Below, piece by piece: positions 27,784-35,838 of a stretch of 64,000 nucleotides of DNA (within the stretch, counting starts at the first letter, position 1; the number at the start of each line of letters is the position of its first letter). The notes under the pieces are model-generated. The model saw nothing but the letters and a program-made list of their open reading frames with translations. It was not told the DNA's origin and made no database searches. Made by a program: the position numbers and the translations under genes. This DNA comes from a virus (Duplodnaviria; Caudoviricetes), in IMG/VR virus record IMGVR_UViG_2898133256_000001, positions 28,812 to 92,811 of that record; one strand, given 5' to 3'.

Positions 27784-29886
27784 ATGCGCTCACGCGAGCA
27801 GGAAATGCAGGGCGGCATTGTCGAGGACGGAGAGCCGGGCCAGCCGCGCCCGCGCGTCATCAAACCGAAGTACCTCGACATCCGCTGGACGCATGAGGAG
27901 ACGCTTCCCGCCCACCTCCTGGAAGGCTTCCAGGTGGCAGTCTTCACGGGGAACGACCCGAACAACGCTGACGCCTACCTCGTTGAGCCCAAGCGCGTAG
28001 GGCCTGCGGAGCGCCGCGTGGTGGTGACGCTGCGGGTGACGTCCACCACGAGCGCGAAGTGCGCGGTGCAGGCTCTCTACGCCAACGGCAACCAGGGAAG
28101 CTGGAGGGTGCTGGGCGGCACCGTGGTGGCGGACCCGGATACCCTCACGGTGGCGACGCAGACGCTGTCCAACGTGCCCGACGGCAGCGTCGACACCGGC
28201 CTCCTGAGCCCGGGGGCGGTGACGTCCAGCAAGGTGGCGCCGGCCGCCATCGCCACGCAGCACCTGCTGCTGCCGCCCTCGGACAACCTGGTGCCCAACG
28301 GCTACGGCGAGGCGGGCACCGCTGCGCTGGGGAACTCTCCGGAGGGGGACTTCCTCGTGGAGGAGCCGGCCAACGCGAAGGAGGGCCGGTGGTGCCGCAG
28401 GGTGCCTCTCAACGCGGCCGGGTACCGCACCGCTGTCTGGACGAAGCGGATTTCCTGCGCGGCGGGCGACGAGTTCTCCGCGGAGGCGTGGTTGAAGTCG
28501 TCCGCGCCGCTGTCGGGCAACCAGGGGGGAGGGCTGTACTTCTTCTGGTTGGACGCCTCGGGCAACTACGCGGGTGCCAACACCCTCACGGTGGTGTCGG
28601 GACTCACCACCGCGTACCAGCGGTACAAGGTGAAGGGGGCGTGCCCGGCCGGGTGCACTGGCCTCCTGCTCGTCTGGGAGCTCAACGCGGCCGCCGCGGA
28701 TATCGGCAAGGCGGTGTACCTGGACGCCATCAGCTTGCGGAAGTCGGTGACGTTCGACTTGCTGAGCGCCAACACGTTGCAGACGTCCAACTACGCGGAG
28801 GACGGCAGCGGAGTGCCCGTCGCGGGCGCGAAGCTGGACAACGTGGGCGTGGCGCTGAAGGTGGCCAGCCAGAATCTCCAGGTGGGCCGCTACCCGCTCG
28901 AGGCGCTCTTCTACAAGGGGCTGGTGACGTTGGACGGGCCGGGGCCCGGCAACCGCTGCTTCTATCGTGGCAACAACCAGGGCGCGGTGCGCGGCGGCGC
29001 GCCCAACATCGACCGCGTGCGGGTGGAGTGCGCGGACAACATCACCACCGCGTCCCTCTCCTGGGCGACGTGGCAGATCTTCCTCCAGCCCCAGGCGCTG
29101 GACGACAACTTCGACGCCATGAGGTACGCGCGCGTGGAGCTGTGGGTGCGGCCGACTGCTGGAAGTGCATTCCGTCACCAGGTGCTGCACGTCGCGCTGA
29201 CGGACAGGGTGTACCGGGACGCCACCGAGTCCTCGGCGAACAATGAGGGCCGCGCGAGCTGGAGCTACATGTTCTCGGGCTCGGCATCCGCACTCAGCAC
29301 CTCGGCGACGTCCGTCTGGTACCTGCTGGTGTCCGTCGTCAACGCGTACGGGGCGAGCGCCTCGAAGTGGTTCGTGCCGGCCGCCGGCCGCAACGCGGCC
29401 TTCGCCTCCCAGTACAACTCGCCGGTGGGTGGCGGCGTCGACGGCGGCGGCGGTGGCGGTGGCAGCGACGGGGGCGGGTACTGCCCCGCGCCGTGGGAGC
29501 CCATCCTCATGGAGGACGGGAGCGAGCTGCCGGCGGAGCTGGTGCGGCCCGGCATGCGCGTCCTCACCCAGCACGAGACGTCCCTGAAGCTGGACGCCTA
29601 CCAGGTGGCCGCCGTGCAGCGCGCCCGCGCGCATTGGCACCGGCTGACGCTGGAGGACGGGCGCTCTGTCGTGGCCTCCAGCCTCCACCCCCTCTTCGTC
29701 GACGGCGCCGGCTGGACGGCGCTCTCGGCGCTGCGCGCGGGGGACACGCTGCTCGGCTCCCGGCCTGGCCGAGTGGTGGGCGTCGAAGCGGTGGGAGAGG
29801 GCGACGTCGTGCGCCTCACCGTCCACGGGGCCCGCACCTACAACGTGCAGGGCCTGCTGTCACACAACGCGAAGCCCCGCGAGTAG
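27784..29886 (+). CDS. Tail fibre / receptor-binding protein with carbohydrate-binding-like domain and C-terminal Hint domain
   Basis: Follows J; GAVTSSKVAPAAI, NLVPNGYGEAG...VYLDAISLR; GGGY|CPAPW...SSLH...LSHN|AKPRE. Confidence 0.8.
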   Translation: MRSREQEMQGGIVEDGEPGQPRPRVIKPKYLDIRWTHEETLPAHLLEGFQVAVFTGNDPNNADAYLVEPKRVGPAERRVVVTLRVTSTTSAKCAVQALYANGNQGSWRVLGGTVVADPDTLTVATQTLSNVPDGSVDTGLLSPGAVTSSKVAPAAIATQHLLLPPSDNLVPNGYGEAGTAALGNSPEGDFLVEEPANAKEGRWCRRVPLNAAGYRTAVWTKRISCAAGDEFSAEAWLKSSAPLSGNQGGGLYFFWLDASGNYAGANTLTVVSGLTTAYQRYKVKGACPAGCTGLLLVWELNAAAADIGKAVYLDAISLRKSVTFDLLSANTLQTSNYAEDGSGVPVAGAKLDNVGVALKVASQNLQVGRYPLEALFYKGLVTLDGPGPGNRCFYRGNNQGAVRGGAPNIDRVRVECADNITTASLSWATWQIFLQPQALDDNFDAMRYARVELWVRPTAGSAFRHQVLHVALTDRVYRDATESSANNEGRASWSYMFSGSASALSTSATSVWYLLVSVVNAYGASASKWFVPAAGRNAAFASQYNSPVGGGVDGGGGGGGSDGGGYCPAPWEPILMEDGSELPAELVRPGMRVLTQHETSLKLDAYQVAAVQRARAHWHRLTLEDGRSVVASSLHPLFVDGAGWTALSALRAGDTLLGSRPGRVVGVEAVGEGDVVRLTVHGARTYNVQGLLSHNAKPRE
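29482..29868 (+). other. Hint (intein-like) domain, 129 aa
   Basis: Cys1, block B SxxH, terminal His-Asn, +1 Ala; no endonuclease. Confidence 0.85.
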
Positions 29887-29916
29887 CCGGCCAGGCGCGC
29901 CGGACAGGAGCAGCTC

Positions 29917-30450
29917 ATGTCCCTGACGTCCTCAGAGGTGTACCAGCGCAATGCCGTCGAGTCCCGCAAGCGCGACGTGTCGTGCGCGCTGGCCCGCGTG
30001 CGCGGAGAGCTCGACGCCGCGGGCGCCTCCGCCCGGCACTTCGCCACCGTCGGCCAGGGGCTCCAGGTGCGCCGCGCGGAGCTGGAGGGCGAGATGCAGG
30101 CACTGGCGGCCAGCGGCGTCGCCGGGCTCACCGACGATTGGGGCAAGTACAGCGCGCTCGAGCTGGCGGCCCAGGAGGAGCGCTACCCCGCCAAGGCCCT
30201 CGCCTACGACTGGCTGGTGGCGCACCCGACGGCCACCTTCCTGGAGACGGCGGGCGAACTGGAGCGCCTCATGCTGGAGGCGCGCACCGCGGCGGGCCGG
30301 CCCTGGCTGCTGTGGCGCGCGGACGGGCTGCTGCGCGAGTGGCAGGCCAACGCGGTTGCCCGGGGGCACGTCGCCGGCAACACGTGGGAAGCGTTTCGGG
30401 ACTACCTCCTCGTCATCGGGAAGGATGCTGCCCTCGGGGGCATGTTGTGA
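29917..30450 (+). CDS. Hypothetical phage tail-region protein
   Basis: AGGAG RBS; phage-like codon usage. Confidence 0.7.
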   Translation: MSLTSSEVYQRNAVESRKRDVSCALARVRGELDAAGASARHFATVGQGLQVRRAELEGEMQALAASGVAGLTDDWGKYSALELAAQEERYPAKALAYDWLVAHPTATFLETAGELERLMLEARTAAGRPWLLWRADGLLREWQANAVARGHVAGNTWEAFRDYLLVIGKDAALGGML

Positions 30451-30567
30451 GAGGCGCTGCCGGGTTGGAGCGCTGAGTCCCGGACAGCCCTACCTGAGGG
30501 GGCTTGTCTGGATTCGGCGTTCTTTCAGGGCGTTCTAATTTATCCTGGCTGAGGGTGTGATGGGGCA

Positions 30568-31302
30568 ATGCCTCTCGGCACGTGGGAACGGACGCTTCCG
30601 GTCAGAACCTCGAAGGGGTGGCCCGAGCCCGCGAAGTGGCAGCCGTGCGCGTTCTGCGGAAAGCCAGCGCATGCTCTGGCGGAGGCGCCCGGGTCGAACG
30701 ACGGCAACTCCGGGACGCTGAGTAGGAACATCCTCAATGGAGCGGAGCCTGAATCGCACCCGTGGTTCACGGGCTCCTACTCGATTGCGGCGCACCACCT
30801 CATCTGCTCGGAGTCGATGAGCGGTGATGAGGACTGGGCCTGCATCTGCTGGTACTTCGGGTACGACATCAATGGACCGAAGAACGGCGTGTTCCTGCCG
30901 TCGGTGCCCTCGGTGGCGTGCGAGCTCCACGTCCCAGTTCACCGCGGCCCGCACTTCGGTGGCTGGGCCTACGACATGGACCTCTCGTATCCCGAGGCGG
31001 TGATGGAACTACTGGAGGGCTATGCCGAGTCGGCGCGTCGCGGGCGCTACTGTGGCAATCCTTCCGGGCTGGGCAGCGACCTTGATGGGCTCAGCGGCAC
31101 CATCCTGCGCAAGGTGGCGACCGGACGGTGGACCATCACCACCGACGGCCTCGACTACCAGGCTGGGGGGAACGGCTGCTCTGGGGTGACGAGCCTCCAG
31201 GGGAAGCCGCCGCTGCCCTGTCCACGTGGGCGGCGCCACGGCTCGCGACACGGGACGACAAGGAAGCCTCTCGCTCGCCGTACGCTTCAGGTGGGGGCCT
31301 AG
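30568..31302 (+). CDS. AHH-family HNH nuclease toxin
   Basis: IAAHHLI, GYDING.KNGVFLP, HRGPH. Confidence 0.85.
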   Translation: MPLGTWERTLPVRTSKGWPEPAKWQPCAFCGKPAHALAEAPGSNDGNSGTLSRNILNGAEPESHPWFTGSYSIAAHHLICSESMSGDEDWACICWYFGYDINGPKNGVFLPSVPSVACELHVPVHRGPHFGGWAYDMDLSYPEAVMELLEGYAESARRGRYCGNPSGLGSDLDGLSGTILRKVATGRWTITTDGLDYQAGGNGCSGVTSLQGKPPLPCPRGRRHGSRHGTTRKPLARRTLQVGA

Positions 31303-31304
31303 TC

Positions 31305-31883
31305 GTGCAGCGCGAGTACTTCGTTCTGAAGCGAGCGCGCTCCCAAGAGCACCCGCTGCTTGCGTGGGCGCAGTCTGCGGCAGCGTTCCGCAAGGGCGGC
31401 AAGGTCGCAGAAGACGTGCCTGTGCAGCTCCGCCTTGGTGAGCCCGAGCCGTCCAGACCAATCATGGTCGACCACCACAGTCTGCCGGCCCCCGTCGTTT
31501 CGCCGCGACTGAAGACGGTCCTGGAGTCTGCGAAGCTCGAGGGAGTCCAGTTCGTGCCGGCGGACGTTCACGTGCGCGACTCGGTGCTCCGTTATTGGCT
31601 GGTCCACATGTGGCGGCGAATCGCCTGTATGGACCCGGAGCGCTCGGTCTACGAGCGGTCGCCGAGCGGCGCCACGCTGATGGGATTGGACCGCCTGGTG
31701 CTCGACGAGTCTGTTCTCGGCGACATCCCGGTGGAAGAGCGACTGGCCTTCCGTCTCGACGAAGCGGTTGTCCACCTCTTCCATCGTTCGGTGGTGGAGC
31801 AAGTGCTTTCGATGTCGCCTCCACCGGAGGGGCTGCGGTTCATCCCGGTGGAAGAGTGGAACGACTCCTCGGCATTCCGGTGA
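31305..31883 (+). CDS. Cognate immunity protein (Imm11/DUF1629-like)
   Basis: PVVSPRLK..LE...VQFVP...YWLVH...CMD.ERS...LVLDE...FRL; starts 2 nt after the AHH stop. Confidence 0.8.
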   Translation: MQREYFVLKRARSQEHPLLAWAQSAAAFRKGGKVAEDVPVQLRLGEPEPSRPIMVDHHSLPAPVVSPRLKTVLESAKLEGVQFVPADVHVRDSVLRYWLVHMWRRIACMDPERSVYERSPSGATLMGLDRLVLDESVLGDIPVEERLAFRLDEAVVHLFHRSVVEQVLSMSPPPEGLRFIPVEEWNDSSAFR

Positions 31884-31896
31884 TGCTCCGGCCCCA

Positions 31897-32145
31897 TCAC
31901 GCCGCCACGGCCTCTACCTCATCTCTGGGGCGGGCCCCCGGATGCAGTTGCTCGACCAACTCCAGCGCCGCCCGCGCGCCCAGGACGGCGATGGCCTCCA
32001 TCTCCGCCGCGCGGTAACCGTCCCGGGCCCAGGCCAAGAGCGTCTCCGCCTCCGGACTGCCGTCCAGCCCTGAGACGGCATCCAGGTAGCCCGCCTCTGC
32101 CTCAACCAGACGCTGCGTGAGCGTCCCCCTCTGCTGCGTGTCCAT
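31897..32145 (-). CDS. Small helical protein, paralogue of 15001-15222
   Basis: MDTQQRGTLTQRLVEAE...DGSPEA...EAIAVLGA. Confidence 0.55.
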   Translation of the reverse strand: MDTQQRGTLTQRLVEAEAGYLDAVSGLDGSPEAETLLAWARDGYRAAEMEAIAVLGARAALELVEQLHPGARPRDEVEAVAA

Positions 32146-32180
32146 GCGGGGGCTCGGACAGCATGCGCCGTGCCGGGCGA

Positions 32181-32209
32181 CGGACGCTGTCCGCACGGGC
32201 ACGGACCAT
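32181..32209 (+). promoter_or_regulatory. Promoter-like motif before the lysis cluster
   Basis: CGGACG-N17-GACCAT, 8 nt before ATG 32218. Confidence 0.55.
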
Positions 32210-32217
32210 GCCGTCGC

Positions 32218-32808
32218 ATGTCCCCCACGCCCCACCGCTCCCCCCTCCGCGAGGACGTCGTCAGGCTCGACGAGAAGCTGGAGGCCGTCGCCCTCCGCAC
32301 CACGGAGAAGCTGGAGTCCGTTGGCCTGCGCTCCGACGAGGCGAAGCGCGCTGCTGAGCGGTACGCCGTCGACACGCACCGCCTCATCGAGGGCGTACGC
32401 GACGAGCTGCGTGCGCTCGCCGAGCGAGTGGCGACTGCCGAGCAGGTCCGACGCCTTGAGGAGCATGTGCGCCGGGTGGACGAGCGCGTGGACAGCGTCG
32501 ACAGGCGCGTCACCGAGCAGAAGTCCGTCGTCGAGATGGTGCCCAAGCTCGTCGAGCGCATGGACGAGTTGGAAGAGCGGCTCGGCGCCCAGGACTCGCT
32601 GGTGAAGTCCATCCCCGACCTGTCCGCGCGCATGACAGGTGGCGAGCACCGCGCCTCGCGCATAGCGGGCGCCCTCTGGGTGGTGGGCGCTCTCGTCGCG
32701 GTGCTGGGGCTGGCGGGGCTGCGCGAGTTGGGGCGCTGGTTCGTCCAGGTCGCTCCGCCTGTCGTCCACGTCGAGGAGCCCGCCATCCCGCCCCGGCGCC
32801 GTCAGTGA
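32218..32808 (+). CDS. Coiled-coil protein with C-terminal TM (lysis-associated, XhlA-like topology)
   Basis: Heptad-rich body, one TM near the C-terminus; precedes the endolysin. Confidence 0.6.
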   Translation: MSPTPHRSPLREDVVRLDEKLEAVALRTTEKLESVGLRSDEAKRAAERYAVDTHRLIEGVRDELRALAERVATAEQVRRLEEHVRRVDERVDSVDRRVTEQKSVVEMVPKLVERMDELEERLGAQDSLVKSIPDLSARMTGGEHRASRIAGALWVVGALVAVLGLAGLRELGRWFVQVAPPVVHVEEPAIPPRRRQ

Positions 32809-32836
32809 GTTTCCCCGGTCCACTTTCGGAGTCCCC

Positions 32837-33289
32837 ATGTCCGCCCAGCGCAATGCCTTCCTCGTCGCCGTCCTCTCGCAGATGCATGCGCCCTACCGGT
32901 GGAACGGCAAGGGCGAGCGCGACAGCACCACCGGCCAGCGCGTCTTCGACTGTTCGGGGTTGGTCACCTGGGCATTCCGCGAAGCGGGCGGCCCAGACTG
33001 GCGCGCCCACGCCAACACCGACGTCCTGTGGGCGCGGTGTGCGGTCGTGCCGGAGGCGGAGCTGCTCCCCGGCGACCTGGTGCTGTACCACCGCAAGGGC
33101 GACCCCACCGACGCGGAGCACGTCATGGTTCACGTGGGCGGAGGCGTGGTGGTGGGCGCCTCCGGAGGCGGGAGCACGACGCTCACCCTGGCCGACGCCG
33201 CCAAGGCCAGGGCGTACGTGAAGACGTTCTCCAGTCTCGACTACCGCGCTCGTCGCATGGGTATCCGACGCCTGCCGTTCCGGCCGTGA
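32837..33289 (+). CDS. NlpC/P60 (C40) peptidase, probable endolysin
   Basis: PYRWNG...FDCSGLV, LLPGDLVLY, EHVMV. Confidence 0.85.
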   Translation: MSAQRNAFLVAVLSQMHAPYRWNGKGERDSTTGQRVFDCSGLVTWAFREAGGPDWRAHANTDVLWARCAVVPEAELLPGDLVLYHRKGDPTDAEHVMVHVGGGVVVGASGGGSTTLTLADAAKARAYVKTFSSLDYRARRMGIRRLPFRP

Positions 33290-33359
33290 GCGTCATGGCC
33301 TGGCGCGTGGCGCTCACTTTCACCCCCGCAGTCCCCTCGCAGTCGCATGGAGTTCCCTC

Positions 33360-33980
33360 ATGAAGAAGCTGTTCATCTTCGCCGCCCTCGCGGCCGTCCT
33401 CACCTCGCCCACGGCGCTGGCGGAGGCGGCCACCAGCCCGCCCGAGCCCTCGCTGTCGTCTGTTGTCTCATCCATCCTCGTCAGCGTGGTGCCGGTGCTG
33501 GCGACCGCGCTGGCCGCTCTCATTGTCTCGGGGCTCACCGGGCTCACGAGGAAGTTCCAAGCCCAGGCCGGGGAGTCGAAGCTCGCGCTCGTCGCGGCCC
33601 GCGTCAGCATGCTGGCCGAGGGCATCGTCCGGGACATCGAAGTCACCATGAAGCCGAAGCTCGAGGCTGCGGCGGCGGACGGTGAGCTGACCCCGGCCGA
33701 GTTCCAGCAGCTCAAGGATGAAGCGCTGCAACGGCTGTTGAAGTCCCTGGGCGACCGTGGCCTCGCGGAGCTGCAGCAGGTCCTCCAGCTCTCGGCGGGC
33801 AGCGTGGGCTTGTTCCTGAGTGGCCTCATCGAGGCGGCCCTCGACAAGATGAAGGCCGGCCGTGGTGGTTCCACCGTGGACGACGTGATGACGGCCGCGC
33901 TGTCGCTCGGTGCCATCGGCAGCTCGGCTGCGCTCGCCCCGGCGGTGGCGGCGGTCCCTCAGACGCCCCGCGGCTCGTAG
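33360..33980 (+). CDS. Holin-like membrane protein
   Basis: GGAG RBS; signal plus TM, then helical domain (DGELTPAE...K..AL...IEAAL); follows the endolysin. Confidence 0.6.
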   Translation: MKKLFIFAALAAVLTSPTALAEAATSPPEPSLSSVVSSILVSVVPVLATALAALIVSGLTGLTRKFQAQAGESKLALVAARVSMLAEGIVRDIEVTMKPKLEAAAADGELTPAEFQQLKDEALQRLLKSLGDRGLAELQQVLQLSAGSVGLFLSGLIEAALDKMKAGRGGSTVDDVMTAALSLGAIGSSAALAPAVAAVPQTPRGS

Positions 33981-34192
33981 TCGCCGCGGGGCTCTCCCGT
34001 GTTCTCGCTGACGTGCCGGTGAGGACGGGTTACCTGGAGGCGCAGGCCGGTGCTTCCTCCCTCACCGGCGCGTACGCGCGGCTGGAAGCGGGCGCGAGGT
34101 TGAGTCCGGACCTGGGCCTCTTCGCGTTCGGGGAAGCGAACCAGCGCGAGCAGATGGCTGGCGCTGGCGTCCGGTGGACGTTCGGCTGGTAG
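33956..34192 (+). CDS. Beta-strand-rich ORF in the -1 frame of the holin-like gene (frameshift extension or 59-aa gene from GTG 34013)
   Basis: GYLEAQAGAS...AYARLEAGARL...LFAFGEA...AGAGVRWTFGW; no RBS evident. Confidence 0.5.
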   Translation, partial: PSDAPRLVVAAGLSRVLADVPVRTGYLEAQAGASSLTGAYARLEAGARLSPDLGLFAFGEANQREQMAGAGVRWTFGW

Positions 34193-34197
34193 GGCAC

Positions 34198-34229
34198 ACG
34201 GCCCGCTCCTGAGCACCGGGGCGGGCCGT
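34198..34229. terminator. Hairpin at the convergence of late and antisense genes
   Basis: ACGGCCCGCTCC...GGGGCGGGCCGT. Confidence 0.5.
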
Positions 34230-34235
34230 CGCATG

Positions 34236-34685
34236 TCACGGTGAGGATGGCGGCGCGCAGAACAGAGGCTCGGAAGGTGGAGGCTGCGCTGGCGCAGGAG
34301 TTTCGGTCGAAGCACCCGCACCGCACTTCGGCACGAATAGCGGGAACAGCGTGGCTGCTAGGCTGACCACACTCAAAAGCAGTCCAACGATGGTTCCGAC
34401 ATGGGTCCAGATCTGGCCTCGCTTGTCCCGGCGGGAGGCTAGCTCCTGGTCGATTTGCTTAGCGACCTCGCCAATCGCATCGACCACGCGGCGCCTCGTT
34501 TCCACGAGAACCTTGTCATACTCCCAGGGTCTGTATCCCTGGGCCGCGGTGCGGTCACGAGCAACTGATGCCGCCAGTGCGCTCAGATCTGCGTCGGTGA
34601 TTGACGAAAGGTTTGCGCCCGGCGACGTCCCAAGGTACCGGCGCTTGATGTCCTCGTACCCAAGTTCGCTGTTCCTGTCGCTCAT
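34236..34685 (-). CDS. Hypothetical protein with C-terminal TM
   Basis: ATG 34685; HVGTIVGLLLSVVSLAATLFPLF. Confidence 0.55.
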   Translation of the reverse strand: MSDRNSELGYEDIKRRYLGTSPGANLSSITDADLSALAASVARDRTAAQGYRPWEYDKVLVETRRRVVDAIGEVAKQIDQELASRRDKRGQIWTHVGTIVGLLLSVVSLAATLFPLFVPKCGAGASTETPAPAQPPPSEPLFCAPPSSP

Positions 34686-34893
34686 CAACAGGCGACCGTA
34701 ACACTGACCACACCGATGTCTAGGCACGTCCTCCGCTGGCGGGCAGTGGGTTTTCAGCCGATGCGCTGAACGCCACGGAGCGCATGCCATCAGCCCCTGA
34801 GCACCAGTGCGGCCGTTAGAATTTCGGCCTGATTTGTGTACCGCGTTTCGATTTGTGTACCGGCCCGGAGTCTTTGTACACGATGCCGCCCCC

Positions 34894-35778
34894 CTACGCG
34901 GGCCGCACCCAGCGCCAGGCACCGTGCTGGGCGATGTACACCCACTTCACGAGCATTGCCTCCGGGCCGTAGCGCTGGCGGCGCAGGTGGCCACGCACGG
35001 ACGTCTCCGACGGGATGAGCCCGGTGGCATGGGCAGACGCCGGCACAACTCCGGCCGCCTCCCCGAGCGCGCCGTCCAGGTAGACGTTGGAGACGGCGAG
35101 CCCCTTGGGATTGTCGCGCTGGCGCCCCGCCTCCACACGTAGCGGCGAGGCCTCCGCCTCGACGAGCAGCGCGTAAACGATTGCGAAACGAGCGGCTGCA
35201 CGTGCCCAGTCTTGCCACTCCGCGACGTCTGCGGGCTCGACGAGGGGTGAGTAGTCCTGCCGGGTGCCCTCGGCGAGTTCGCCACCCGTCCAGGAGGGGC
35301 GCCACGTAGCGACGCGGGCGCCGCCGTCCAGCGTGAGCCCCACGAGGTACGTCGTCCCCTCCAGCGTGTATCCACCCAGGGCGAGCGTCTCGCCGAACAG
35401 CGCTTCGCCAAGCTCGGGCCGACGCACCTCCAGGATCCACGGGGCGCGCAGCAACTGCGGACGCTCCTCGGGCAGGGAGTGCAGGTCCGTCACTGACGCA
35501 TGCCGTGCTGCCGCCGGCCTCACCAGGTGAGTCCGGACCGGCGCGGGCGCGGCGATGCCCAGGGCAGCCATGTTGCCCACAACGAGGAGGTCCTCGAAGG
35601 TCTCACGCCCCCACGCGGTCACGGCAGTGCGCTCCGCCGCCTCACGCAGCGGCACGGTGGAGGCGAGGCCGAGACGCGCATGTGCGGCTCGGGCCTTCTG
35701 GACCATTTCGGAGAGGGGGACGTAGTAGTCCAGCACGGGCCTCATTGATTGCTCCAGCCCGTGCAGGACGGGCAGCAC
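34894..35778 (-). CDS. Hypothetical phage protein
   Basis: GAGG RBS; C-terminal VRGHLRRQRYGP...WVYI motif seen in phage proteins. Confidence 0.6.
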   Translation of the reverse strand: MLPVLHGLEQSMRPVLDYYVPLSEMVQKARAAHARLGLASTVPLREAAERTAVTAWGRETFEDLLVVGNMAALGIAAPAPVRTHLVRPAAARHASVTDLHSLPEERPQLLRAPWILEVRRPELGEALFGETLALGGYTLEGTTYLVGLTLDGGARVATWRPSWTGGELAEGTRQDYSPLVEPADVAEWQDWARAAARFAIVYALLVEAEASPLRVEAGRQRDNPKGLAVSNVYLDGALGEAAGVVPASAHATGLIPSETSVRGHLRRQRYGPEAMLVKWVYIAQHGAWRWVRPA

Positions 35779-35838
35779 GTGGACTGCCTCATGACATTAC
35801 GTCGGCGAGGATGCTCCCTCGCGAAAGTTTAGCGATTC

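Noticed and set aside
25172-29826. Long minus-strand ORFs 25172-27085 and 27790-29826
   Set aside because: Antisense shadows of gpJ and the fibre, expected in high-GC DNA; no motifs
24841-29868. Classical mobile inteins
   Set aside because: No endonuclease, terminal position after Gly linkers rather than within conserved motifs, and one has +1 Ala
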